64,000 nt of DNA, taken from contig CAXGZX010000001.1 in assembly GCA_964014545.1 (NCBI GenBank), forward strand, positions 9,279-73,278, in the 5' to 3' direction. The stretch comes from an uncultured Candidatus Poseidoniales archaeon (lineage in GTDB: Archaea; Thermoplasmatota; Poseidoniia; Poseidoniales; Poseidoniaceae). A model generated the notes under the pieces. The model saw only the letters and a program-made list of their open reading frames with translations, was not told where the DNA came from and did no database searches. Position 1 is the stretch's first letter. Each line of letters starts with the position of its first letter. This document shows positions 1 through 8,276 of this stretch, piece by piece. Made by a program: the position numbers and the translations under genes.

Positions 1-1087
1 TTTGGTGTTCTGGTTTGAGAATTATTCTGTGAGCAAGAGCAAGTTCTGCAATTGCTTTAACATCATCTGGTGTGACGAAATCTCTGCCTCTAAGTGCAGC
101 TGCTGCTCTTGAAGTTTTCAATAACGCTTGAGAACCACGAGGCGATGCCCCGACAAGTACTCTAGGATCTTCTCTTGTTCTTGCGACTACTTCAACCATG
201 TACATTCTAAGTGCTGGATCGACATATACGTCTTCACAAGCTTGTTGCATAGCAATAACTCTTTGCGGGTCAGTAATTACATCGACATCTACTGCGTCTT
301 TTCCACGAGCGATACGACGGGAAAGAATCTCATCTTCATCTGCTCTGTCTGGATATCCTACAGACATCTTAAACATAAAACGGTCAAGTTGTGCTTCTGG
401 CAATGGATATGTTCCTTCTTGCTCGACAGGGTTCTGTGTAGCCATAACAATAAATGGTGCTGGTAGTTTGTGGGTCACAGTACCAATTGTAACTTGCTTT
501 TCTTGCATTGCTTCAAGCAAAGCTGCTTGAGTCTTTGGCGGTGCACGGTTAATCTCGTCCGCTAGTAGTAGATTACAGAACAATGGACCTGGTTTGAAAG
601 TAAACTCTCCCTTCTTAGCATCATAAATGTTAGTACCAGTAATATCTGCTGGAAGCAAGTCAGGAGTGAATTGGACACGCTTGAAGTCACAACCCAATGC
701 ATCTGCAAAGGTATTGGTCATCAGTGTCTTAGCCAAACCTGGATAATCTTCAAACAACAGATTACCGTTGGAGAGAATGTTAACCAATACGTTGTCAATA
801 ACGTGAGATTTACCAATAATTACTTTCTGTACTTCGGCACTGATTGCTTGGGCAATCGCACCGACGGCAGAAAGTCTCTCTCTAACTTCTGGGGTACTTT
901 GGTGCTTCGGCTGGGCCGGAGCGGCTGGCGCTACTGGGGCTGCTGGTGCAGGTGCTGCTGGCATTGGTGGTGCCGCTGGCGCTGGTGCTGCCGGCATTGG
1001 TGGTGCTGGCATAGGCGCTGCTGGTGCAGGCTGCGGTGGCATCCCTGGCTGCGCTGGCGCAGGCTGGGGTGGGGGGGCTGGTTGCAT
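1..1087 (-). CDS. MoxR-family AAA+ ATPase. Its 3' end is truncated by the window edge. It carries an ~85-aa Pro/Ala-rich N-terminal extension.
   Basis: The minus-strand translation from the ATG at ~1087 (GGAGG upstream) reads MQPAPPPQPAPAQPGMPPQPAPAAPMPAPP... Walker A-like LLFEDYPGLAKT, Walker B LLADEINRAPPKTQAALLEAMQE and sensor VMATQNP follow. The ORF is open to position 1. Confidence 0.85.
   Translation of the reverse strand, partial: MQPAPPPQPAPAQPGMPPQPAPAAPMPAPPMPAAPAPAAPPMPAAPAPAAPVAPAAPAQPKHQSTPEVRERLSAVGAIAQAISAEVQKVIIGKSHVIDNVLVNILSNGNLLFEDYPGLAKTLMTNTFADALGCDFKRVQFTPDLLPADITGTNIYDAKKGEFTFKPGPLFCNLLLADEINRAPPKTQAALLEAMQEKQVTIGTVTHKLPAPFIVMATQNPVEQEGTYPLPEAQLDRFMFKMSVGYPDRADEDEILSRRIARGKDAVDVDVITDPQRVIAMQQACEDVYVDPALRMYMVEVVARTREDPRVLVGASPRGSQALLKTSRAAAALRGRDFVTPDDVKAIAELALAHRIILKPEHQ
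905..1084. repeat. Imperfect tandem GCN/CCN-rich DNA repeat that encodes the PA-rich N-terminus of MoxR.
   Basis: Repeated units of the form ggtgctgctggcattggtggtgc / gctggcgctggtgctgcc. This creates the WCRW-rich artefact ORF on the opposite strand. Confidence 0.7.
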
Positions 1088-1105
1088 GTCTATTTCCTCC
1101 TAATT

Positions 1106-2695
1106 TCAATTACCCCAACGACGTATTTGCGGGATCACTTCCCGTAATTCTTCGTTGGAGTAGGAACGGTTAGAACTTATCAGTTCTACTAATCGCGGAT
1201 CTCTAACCATGTACATGATTTCCGCAGGTGTTTTGCGAGCGAACTCATCTCTAGTGAGATCGTTGAATTGTCTAACTTTAGACAAGAATGCTTCCCTGAC
1301 TCGCAGTTGATACTGGGAAGCATCAATTTTACTCGGGCGCTCTCTAAATCTGGTTAGATCAAAAACATGGCGCCAATTTTCCTTTTCAGGAACTACCATG
1401 ATAGCAATTGCTAACAAGGCAAAAAGATTCAAGATAATTAGCCATTTCAAAACATTGTCACTGGTCAGTAGAACAACCGCACCGATGGCTTCAGTGAATG
1501 GCGATGAAAGAGCGCTTGATACGTGTCGGCTTTCATCAAATACCAAATTGAATTCTCCTTCGTCACGTGTGACCTTAGTAGTAATTTCCTCGTTATCAAA
1601 TTCCATCATGTCATAGAACAAGGCTTGGAAATATGGGCCATTGCCATTCCATTCGACTTCTCCGCCACCAGAGGCAAATAGTGCACTATCCCAGCAGGCA
1701 TGTGAGTTGTCAAGCTTATTGTTGACATAATATGGTGAACTACACTGTTGCTTGCCTGTTTCTTCACCGACGGTTTGGTCCCATAGGTGATTAGCAAGTA
1801 CAGAGTGATCGGATACGAATACTATTGAACCAGTAACATCCACTTCTCCGAAATTATTGTTCGGTTGTTCTTCTAAAACCTCAATTCCAGGGAAATCCAT
1901 TCTGATGACTAGCCCGGTTTTTCCTTCACCAAGTGTTGGATTATTCAAATTATCAATGTTGGTGTCCTGTCGAGCGATAAACGCTGGAGTTGATGCATGA
2001 GCAAGGACCATTACCTCACGATTATCATCAACATCTTCATCCAATACTTGAATTGCAGTCGCCCTGTGAAACAAAACTGGCATCCTGCAATTATCAATTT
2101 GCCCGGAACCCAAATCAGATTCTGAACAAGGGACGTGTTTCTCGTCACCCATTTGAGTAACATCTCGATTGATACTCGCTGCAGCCCAGAGTTTTCTTTC
2201 GTCAGGGTTTAGTGGTTGACCAGTTTCATCTGTCACTTCATAAAATTGGAATGGGTCAACTACTGGGGCATCGAAATACTTTACACCAAACTCAGATGCG
2301 ACCAACTGAGCATTGGTTGAATTGGAGGCAAGAACTACTTTTCCACCCTTTTTTGTAACGAAGTCAAAAATTGCTGAAGCCTCAGCCGAATCAAATGGTT
2401 TTTCTGGAGCGGCAATCACTAGAAGAGTTCGATGGGGGTCTCGCCAATCATTTACCAGCATTGGAGTTGACATCGTGTTGGCTACAGTATAACCAACGCC
2501 ATCATCACCCAAACTATCACGCATTTCAGTTAATTGAATGTTGTAATATTCTGCGTCTTCTTCGTAAGGCGAGAATACGGTTTCTTTATTCATACTAAAA
2601 ATACCGATTAGTATAACTGAAAGAAGGACTGAAGCCATTAAACCAACTTTTAGCCATGTTTCTAGGCTAATCTTGGTTTTTGCTTCATCACTCAA
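1106..2695 (-). CDS. Membrane protein with one N-terminal and one C-terminal TM helix around a large extracytoplasmic domain. It is a putative MoxR partner with DUF4350-like architecture.
   Basis: TTG start. Hydrophobic segments LKVGLMASVLLSVILIGIF and LKWLIILNLFALLAIAIMVV. Lies immediately upstream of moxR on the same strand with an 18-nt gap. Confidence 0.5.
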   Translation of the reverse strand: MSDEAKTKISLETWLKVGLMASVLLSVILIGIFSMNKETVFSPYEEDAEYYNIQLTEMRDSLGDDGVGYTVANTMSTPMLVNDWRDPHRTLLVIAAPEKPFDSAEASAIFDFVTKKGGKVVLASNSTNAQLVASEFGVKYFDAPVVDPFQFYEVTDETGQPLNPDERKLWAAASINRDVTQMGDEKHVPCSESDLGSGQIDNCRMPVLFHRATAIQVLDEDVDDNREVMVLAHASTPAFIARQDTNIDNLNNPTLGEGKTGLVIRMDFPGIEVLEEQPNNNFGEVDVTGSIVFVSDHSVLANHLWDQTVGEETGKQQCSSPYYVNNKLDNSHACWDSALFASGGGEVEWNGNGPYFQALFYDMMEFDNEEITTKVTRDEGEFNLVFDESRHVSSALSSPFTEAIGAVVLLTSDNVLKWLIILNLFALLAIAIMVVPEKENWRHVFDLTRFRERPSKIDASQYQLRVREAFLSKVRQFNDLTRDEFARKTPAEIMYMVRDPRLVELISSNRSYSNEELREVIPQIRRWGN

Positions 2696-2870
2696 TACAA
2701 TCCCTCATTTACGCTATAAACTGGCGCAGTAATATTCCTTCGAAATTATCTCCACTCATAATGCTTGCTCAAAAATGGGCACTTTAATCCAATGATTTAA
2801 ACGGAATGAATGGTGATTTTGGTTGAAAGGGTTTGGCATAAAATAGCCGGTTGAGGGCCATTTTCTAACA

Positions 2871-3839
2871 TTATTTCCTATATCGGACCAGCAATGCAAG
2901 TATTGTTATTGAAAATAGTTCAAATGTTGACAAAAAGCTCAGAGTGTTGGCTTCAGTAATTTCCCCACCTGTATCTTTTTGACCATCATCTGAATTAGAA
3001 TTATCATTATTGTTTTGTTTAACCTCGTTCGAGTTGACTTGAATGTCAAACATTGAACTGCTTATTTTACCATTTCCCGCTGACTTAATCGATATTGTCA
3101 CTTCACACACTCTTTCTGGATGTGATTCAGACGCAACAATTCTTATGACAAATTCCTTGACTGTTGCGTTCTGAATTTCAGTGTCTTTAATCGCCTCTAA
3201 ACCTTCAACAGATAGACTAGGGCAAGATTTTACTGATGCTTCAGGCATTTTAATGACATCTTTACCGTTTCCGTTATTTGTCACTTTCAAGCCATATTCA
3301 ATGGATGAACCTGCGTAAAGAACTTCATCCATTGAGGAGTGACTTATTGTTAGATCATATACCGCTGGAACAGTAACTTCTGCATCGATTTCCTGACTAG
3401 ATACCGTTTGATCAAAAGACACCTCCTCTGCGAGTAATAGAAGCGTCATCGATTTATCTGGGGAACGTTCAAACGAGTACCCCGAAACATCTGAAAATTC
3501 TATTTCAAATGTTAAATTCTCTGAAGCAGCTACAGTAATTGACTCATCATAATCAAGTTCAATTGGGATATCATCGGACTCATCCCAAGTAAGCGTGATC
3601 TTTAGATTAAGTTCACCCATGCGCTGATTCTCAACAAAGAACTCGATCGAATCTAAAATATCATCTTCACCCGATAATTCAAGTTCATATGTCCCATCCA
3701 TATTAGTTTCCCAACCCAACTCCCATGAAGGGACTTCCACTTGATCTTGGGCAGTAGTCATTGGCACCATCATAAGCAATAGTCCACAAATAAAGCCTAA
3801 CGATTTCAGTTTAGATTTGACCATTTCATTCACACCCAA
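2871..3839 (-). CDS. Secreted acidic protein with a signal peptide and a C-terminal TM anchor. Its start overlaps the stop of the Mo-hydroxylase FAD subunit.
   Basis: N-terminal FICGLLLMMVPMTTAQ. C-terminal LSFLSTFELFSITILALLVRYRK. The likely true start is the internal Met at ~3824. Confidence 0.6.
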   Translation of the reverse strand: MGVNEMVKSKLKSLGFICGLLLMMVPMTTAQDQVEVPSWELGWETNMDGTYELELSGEDDILDSIEFFVENQRMGELNLKITLTWDESDDIPIELDYDESITVAASENLTFEIEFSDVSGYSFERSPDKSMTLLLLAEEVSFDQTVSSQEIDAEVTVPAVYDLTISHSSMDEVLYAGSSIEYGLKVTNNGNGKDVIKMPEASVKSCPSLSVEGLEAIKDTEIQNATVKEFVIRIVASESHPERVCEVTISIKSAGNGKISSSMFDIQVNSNEVKQNNNDNSNSDDGQKDTGGEITEANTLSFLSTFELFSITILALLVRYRK

Positions 3840-4803
3840 TATTTTTCAATGCTCTTTTGGTTAGGACTCTAACGACCGACTTGCGATAATTTGGGGGTAA
3901 TGCGGTATTATTTACCGGTTTTACCGATTTTCTAACCATCATTGATAATGTGTTAATCGATTCATCTTTCGACCAGCCTTCTGTGATGATGGAATCAACT
4001 TGTTCGAAGTGTAATTTTGGAATCGACTCCAAAGCAGTTGATGCTATTTTGAGAGTGTTATAATCTCCTTTTCGCCAAGTGATTGCGATGCCAGCTTCTG
4101 GAAAGTCCCATGATTCCCTGACGCGTAATTTTTGATAACTGCCGGTTAAGTCGAAGGCATCTTCTGGCAAGGTTACTTTCAAGAGAAACTCACCCTCCTT
4201 GAGAACATTCTTTTTCATCCCGTCTAATTGATAGAATTCTTGTAACGGAATTACTCTTTCTCCTTCCGGGCTAATCAAAGTTATAGTTGCCCCTAAAGCC
4301 ATAAAATTTGGCGCTAAGTCTCCTTGGTAGGTGGCTACACAAAGAGTATTTTGATTAGGAATTACCCGGCAATCTGCACCCGTGCCACAATCAGCTTTGT
4401 GACACCAATCAATCGAACGGCGCCAGTCTTCGCTTTGATTATACCAAAAACACCGAGTATCTAAGCAGAGATTGCCACCCACTGTTGCACTTTTTCTAAT
4501 CAAGGAAGAGGCTATTTTACTTGCTGCTTCGACAATTAATGGATGCATCCCATTGGCCTCTGTAAGCGAGGATAACGAAGTCATGCAACCAATCTCATAT
4601 GGTTCAAGTTGCTTTGCCTCTGGAATGTTAGCTAGAGAAATAACATGTGGTTTAGGATTTATTCGCCATTTGTAATTTGGTAAAACATCAGTTCCCCCAG
4701 CAACCCAATCAAAGGTTTCTCCTTCAGCAATAATGTTTGAAGCAATCGTTATGGCTTCTGCAATGGAGTTTGGATGGTGTAAAGTGAAAGGCGGCATCAA
4801 CAT
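3826..4803 (-). CDS. Molybdenum hydroxylase FAD-binding medium subunit (CoxM/CutM/XdhB-like).
   Basis: FAD-binding PCMH-type pattern AGGTDVLP, ...TVGGNLC..., and a CO-dehydrogenase flavoprotein-like C-terminal domain. Its start overlaps the large subunit stop. Confidence 0.8.
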   Translation of the reverse strand: MLMPPFTLHHPNSIAEAITIASNIIAEGETFDWVAGGTDVLPNYKWRINPKPHVISLANIPEAKQLEPYEIGCMTSLSSLTEANGMHPLIVEAASKIASSLIRKSATVGGNLCLDTRCFWYNQSEDWRRSIDWCHKADCGTGADCRVIPNQNTLCVATYQGDLAPNFMALGATITLISPEGERVIPLQEFYQLDGMKKNVLKEGEFLLKVTLPEDAFDLTGSYQKLRVRESWDFPEAGIAITWRKGDYNTLKIASTALESIPKLHFEQVDSIITEGWSKDESINTLSMMVRKSVKPVNNTALPPNYRKSVVRVLTKRALKNIGCE

Positions 4804-7613
4804 TAAGCATCATCTCCCATTTCCCGCTGAGTTTTCTTTAGCCAGGCTTTACCTGCAAGGCCTAACTCAGCCAATTGCTCGGGATCTGGTTCAGTCGCCA
4901 TCCTCCAGCCATCAACTTGGTCTTCTAGTGGAATATTAGGGTCAAACCCAAACAATACCCCGTTAACATAGTGAGAGGTGTCTTCTGTTCTTTGACGCGC
5001 CTTATCTCTAACTTTGTGTTCTGCTGCGCGTTGCATAAGTGGCTCTTGCATTGGACCGTATTCCAATCTTGGTGATGGTAGATCTAAACTATCTTCTAGT
5101 TTGAGCGATCTTCTCTTCCTCTCAATGCCTTTGAAAACTACATCAGGAGTGAGCGGTAAATCTCTGAAACGGACACCAACTGCATCGTAAACAGCATTGA
5201 CAACCGCAGGCAAAATTGGCAATAACGGCCCTTCTCCGGCTTCCTTGGCGCCAAATGGCCCTTCAGGATCACAAGATTCAATGATTATTGGTTCAACGTG
5301 CGGCATTTCGTGAATTGAGGGGATTTTATAGTCCAGTAAATTTGCGTTTTGTAGATGTCCAGTGCGCCCATAAACCATTTTTTCAGACAAAACTTGGCCA
5401 AGACCCATGTGGCATGACCCGATTATTTGCCCCTTTACCGCCAATGGGTTGAGCGCTTTTCCACAATCGTGAGCAGCCCAAACATTAGTACATTTTACCA
5501 AACCAAGTTCAACATCGACATCAACTTCGGCTACATATGATGAAAATGAATAAGCGGGAGCTAATCCTGCTGCGGCTCCTTTGTGGACACCACCCATTGG
5601 TGGTGAACGGTAAGCACCACTAGCAATCAGGGCACCCTTATCCTCCTGGGCCTTGTGCAACGCTTGAAGATAAGAAACACCAATTGAAGGGTCGTGTTTG
5701 TAGTAGATTCTACGGTCATTTAACACAAGTGTATTTGGGTGATATCCTAGCATATCCCAGGCTGCGTTTAGAATTTGTTCCCTGATTTCTAAAGCAGCTC
5801 TAATTGCAGCATTAGCATTCATGAAAGTCACTCTGCTGGAATACGAACCCAAGTCTACCGGTGAGGTGTCACTCTCATGACTTCTAACATGGATCATTTC
5901 AATTGGTAAAGCTAACACTTCAGCAACCACTTGAGCAACAGCTGTTGTTGAACCTTGACCAATATCTGCAGCACCAGTGTGAACCGTAACTCCACCATCC
6001 ATGTCGACTTGAATGTGAACAGTGGCATGGGGGAATCGGTTTGGATCCCAGTGAATTGGCAGACCTGAACCAGAGATGAAAAACCCACAACCGACACCAA
6101 TACCTTTGCCTAACGGCAATTTGCGGAATTTATTATCCCAATCTGAACCCTCTCTGACCTTTTCAAGTGCCTCTCTCATGCCATTGGAAGTGATTCTAAA
6201 TCCAGTTATAGTCCTGCTGTGAGGAGGTAGTAAGTTAGCCAAACGTAGGTCAATTGGATCAACCTGCATTTGCTCTGCCATCTCATCTAGACCGACTTCA
6301 ACAGCACAGCGCGTATTGACTGCCCCATGGCCACGCATTGCACCAGATGCTGGTTTATTTGTCCAAACTCTTGCACCCGTGTAATGAAATGACCCTAACT
6401 CGTAAGGAGCAGTTGCTAAAACACCATTGTAATACGATGTGACGTGGCCAAAGGAAGCAAATCCTCCTCCATCGATAAGTGCATCAATATCAAACCCTGA
6501 TATACGACCTGAGTCATCAGCAGTCATCTTAACCTCGATATCGCTGGGGTGACGACCACGATTTATCCAATACACTTCTTCACGGTCAAAGGTGATTCTA
6601 ACTGGCCTTCCTGACTTTCTTGACAAGATTGCAGCACACATCTCATGAGGGAATGGATCCGACTTACCACCAAAGCCGCCACCAACAAATGTTCTAATGA
6701 CGTTTATTTGATGCATTGGAACCTCTAGTACGGTAGATAGAGCACGGTGGGTGTAATGAGGAACTTGTTGAGGGGTGTAAAGTTGAAGACGTCCGTTAGG
6801 GTCCCAGTGAGCGACAACTGCATGTGGTTCGGTAAAACCGTGATGAACGCCTTCCATAGACCATTTACCATGTGATGCTGCATGTGGATTATCAACTAGA
6901 GAACGATCACCAAATTCTTGAAACACACGCTTCTGGACATTGGTTCTAGAAAGATGATACTTACCTCGCCAATGAATCGGTTCATCAACGTCTTCTAGGC
7001 CCTTCTTACGGTCAAATACTGGCTCTAAAATTTCCCACTCAATGTCAAATAAAGCAAGAGCCTCAATTGCTATTGCTTCAGTTTCAGCACATACACAAGC
7101 GACCAAATCCCCCATGTGTCGCACCTTTTCAACCGACATTGCGTGCTCATCCTTGGTAACGGGTAGAACGCCAAAACGATTTGTTGCATCTTGGCCGGTG
7201 GCGACTGAGATTACCCCAGGTAATGCTTCGACTCTAGTTGTGTCAATGGAAATTATCTTGGCATAGTGATGTGGTGAACGTAGAATTTTACCAATTGTTT
7301 CATTGGCCAGCCTAACATCATCTCCATACCATGCTTGCCCAGTTACTTTAGCGTTTGAATCAACTAACTGTAGAGGTTTACCAACTACAGTTCCAGTCCT
7401 AATACGATCGTGGATGTGTGAGCCCGCTGGTTGTGGCTCTTTACCTCCAACAGATTCTGGAATGAAATTGAGATCTCTTGGCTCCATTACAGGGTTCGAA
7501 CCACCTGAACCTGGTGGAGGAAACTTTTGCTGGCCAGCAACACGCTTGCCATCTCTTCTCTTACCAGAAGATTTACCCGGTTGTTGTCGATATCCGCCTG
7601 ACATAGTAATCAC
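4803..7613 (-). CDS. Molybdenum hydroxylase large molybdopterin-binding subunit (CoxL/XdhA family). It has a ~70-aa basic Gly/Pro-rich N-terminal extension.
   Basis: GGGFGGK motif, active-site-glutamate region KEAGEGP, and an a/b hammerhead-like start GKPLQLVDSNAKVTGQAWYGDD. ATGA overlap with the small subunit. Confidence 0.85.
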   Translation of the reverse strand: MITMSGGYRQQPGKSSGKRRDGKRVAGQQKFPPPGSGGSNPVMEPRDLNFIPESVGGKEPQPAGSHIHDRIRTGTVVGKPLQLVDSNAKVTGQAWYGDDVRLANETIGKILRSPHHYAKIISIDTTRVEALPGVISVATGQDATNRFGVLPVTKDEHAMSVEKVRHMGDLVACVCAETEAIAIEALALFDIEWEILEPVFDRKKGLEDVDEPIHWRGKYHLSRTNVQKRVFQEFGDRSLVDNPHAASHGKWSMEGVHHGFTEPHAVVAHWDPNGRLQLYTPQQVPHYTHRALSTVLEVPMHQINVIRTFVGGGFGGKSDPFPHEMCAAILSRKSGRPVRITFDREEVYWINRGRHPSDIEVKMTADDSGRISGFDIDALIDGGGFASFGHVTSYYNGVLATAPYELGSFHYTGARVWTNKPASGAMRGHGAVNTRCAVEVGLDEMAEQMQVDPIDLRLANLLPPHSRTITGFRITSNGMREALEKVREGSDWDNKFRKLPLGKGIGVGCGFFISGSGLPIHWDPNRFPHATVHIQVDMDGGVTVHTGAADIGQGSTTAVAQVVAEVLALPIEMIHVRSHESDTSPVDLGSYSSRVTFMNANAAIRAALEIREQILNAAWDMLGYHPNTLVLNDRRIYYKHDPSIGVSYLQALHKAQEDKGALIASGAYRSPPMGGVHKGAAAGLAPAYSFSSYVAEVDVDVELGLVKCTNVWAAHDCGKALNPLAVKGQIIGSCHMGLGQVLSEKMVYGRTGHLQNANLLDYKIPSIHEMPHVEPIIIESCDPEGPFGAKEAGEGPLLPILPAVVNAVYDAVGVRFRDLPLTPDVVFKGIERKRRSLKLEDSLDLPSPRLEYGPMQEPLMQRAAEHKVRDKARQRTEDTSHYVNGVLFGFDPNIPLEDQVDGWRMATEPDPEQLAELGLAGKAWLKKTQREMGDDA

Positions 7614-8224
7614 TTCGCATGGCCGGGTGGCATCGATGGTTCTCCAGGGCCGCTGGGATGTGGATCTGGATGTGGGTCGCTAGCTGCCTTTGGAGTAGCA
7701 TTCTCCCCGCGATGAATCTTAGCTGCTTCTTGGATTGAGTCGACAATCTGTTGGTAACCAGTACAACGGCACAGATTTCCTTCAATTGCTTCCGATATCT
7801 CATCATTAGAAGGACTTGGATTAGAGTCCAATAAGGCTTGAGAAGCAACTAGGAATCCAGGCGTACAAAATCCACATTGTGAGCCGCCAAATTTAGCAAA
7901 GCACGCTTGTATTGGAGCCAGATGTGCTCCGTCAGCCAAGCCTTCGACGGTAATTATATCACTGCCATTAACCTGACCTGCAAGACATAAACAGGATAGT
8001 CTAGGGTCGCCATCAACCATTACAGTACAACAGCCACAAGTACCTAAATCGCATCCACGTTTGACTCCAAGTGTGCCGACTTGATCTCTTAACACATCTA
8101 GCAAGACTGCGTTAGAATTAATCAGCAACTCTACATCCTTTTGGTTAACTTTTGATTGCCAGACGGTTTTTGGAGCACTTGGCGTCATTTTCACGTATTC
8201 GGTACCAACCACATGCTCACCCAT
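7610..8224 (-). CDS. Molybdenum hydroxylase [2Fe-2S] small subunit (CoxS/CutS-like). It has a C-terminal DPHPDPHP/Pro-rich tail.
   Basis: Cys clusters CDLGTCGCCTV and CGFCTPG...CRCTGY. The longest ORF runs to 8308 and adds a hydrophobic N-terminus that overlaps the upstream gene. The Met at 8224 or 8188 is the more likely start. Confidence 0.8.
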   Translation of the reverse strand: MGEHVVGTEYVKMTPSAPKTVWQSKVNQKDVELLINSNAVLLDVLRDQVGTLGVKRGCDLGTCGCCTVMVDGDPRLSCLCLAGQVNGSDIITVEGLADGAHLAPIQACFAKFGGSQCGFCTPGFLVASQALLDSNPSPSNDEISEAIEGNLCRCTGYQQIVDSIQEAAKIHRGENATPKAASDPHPDPHPSGPGEPSMPPGHAK

Positions 8225-8276
8225 CTCATCCTGCAAATAGATGCATATCAATATAGGGATGAATTGAATAATATTA

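Noticed and set aside
128-530. Plus-strand ORFs 128-466 and 198-530.
   Set aside because: They are embedded antisense within the MoxR AAA+ core and have low-complexity, Cys/Ser-rich composition.
671-1147. Plus-strand ORF encoding a W/C/R-rich peptide (WCRCCWHWWCRWRWCC...), and the minus-strand ORF 882-1109.
   Set aside because: Both are artefacts of the GC-rich tandem repeat that encodes the Pro/Ala-rich N-terminus of MoxR on the minus strand. One is the opposite strand of the real frame and the other an alternative frame. The MoxR frame is continuous and carries the ATPase motifs.
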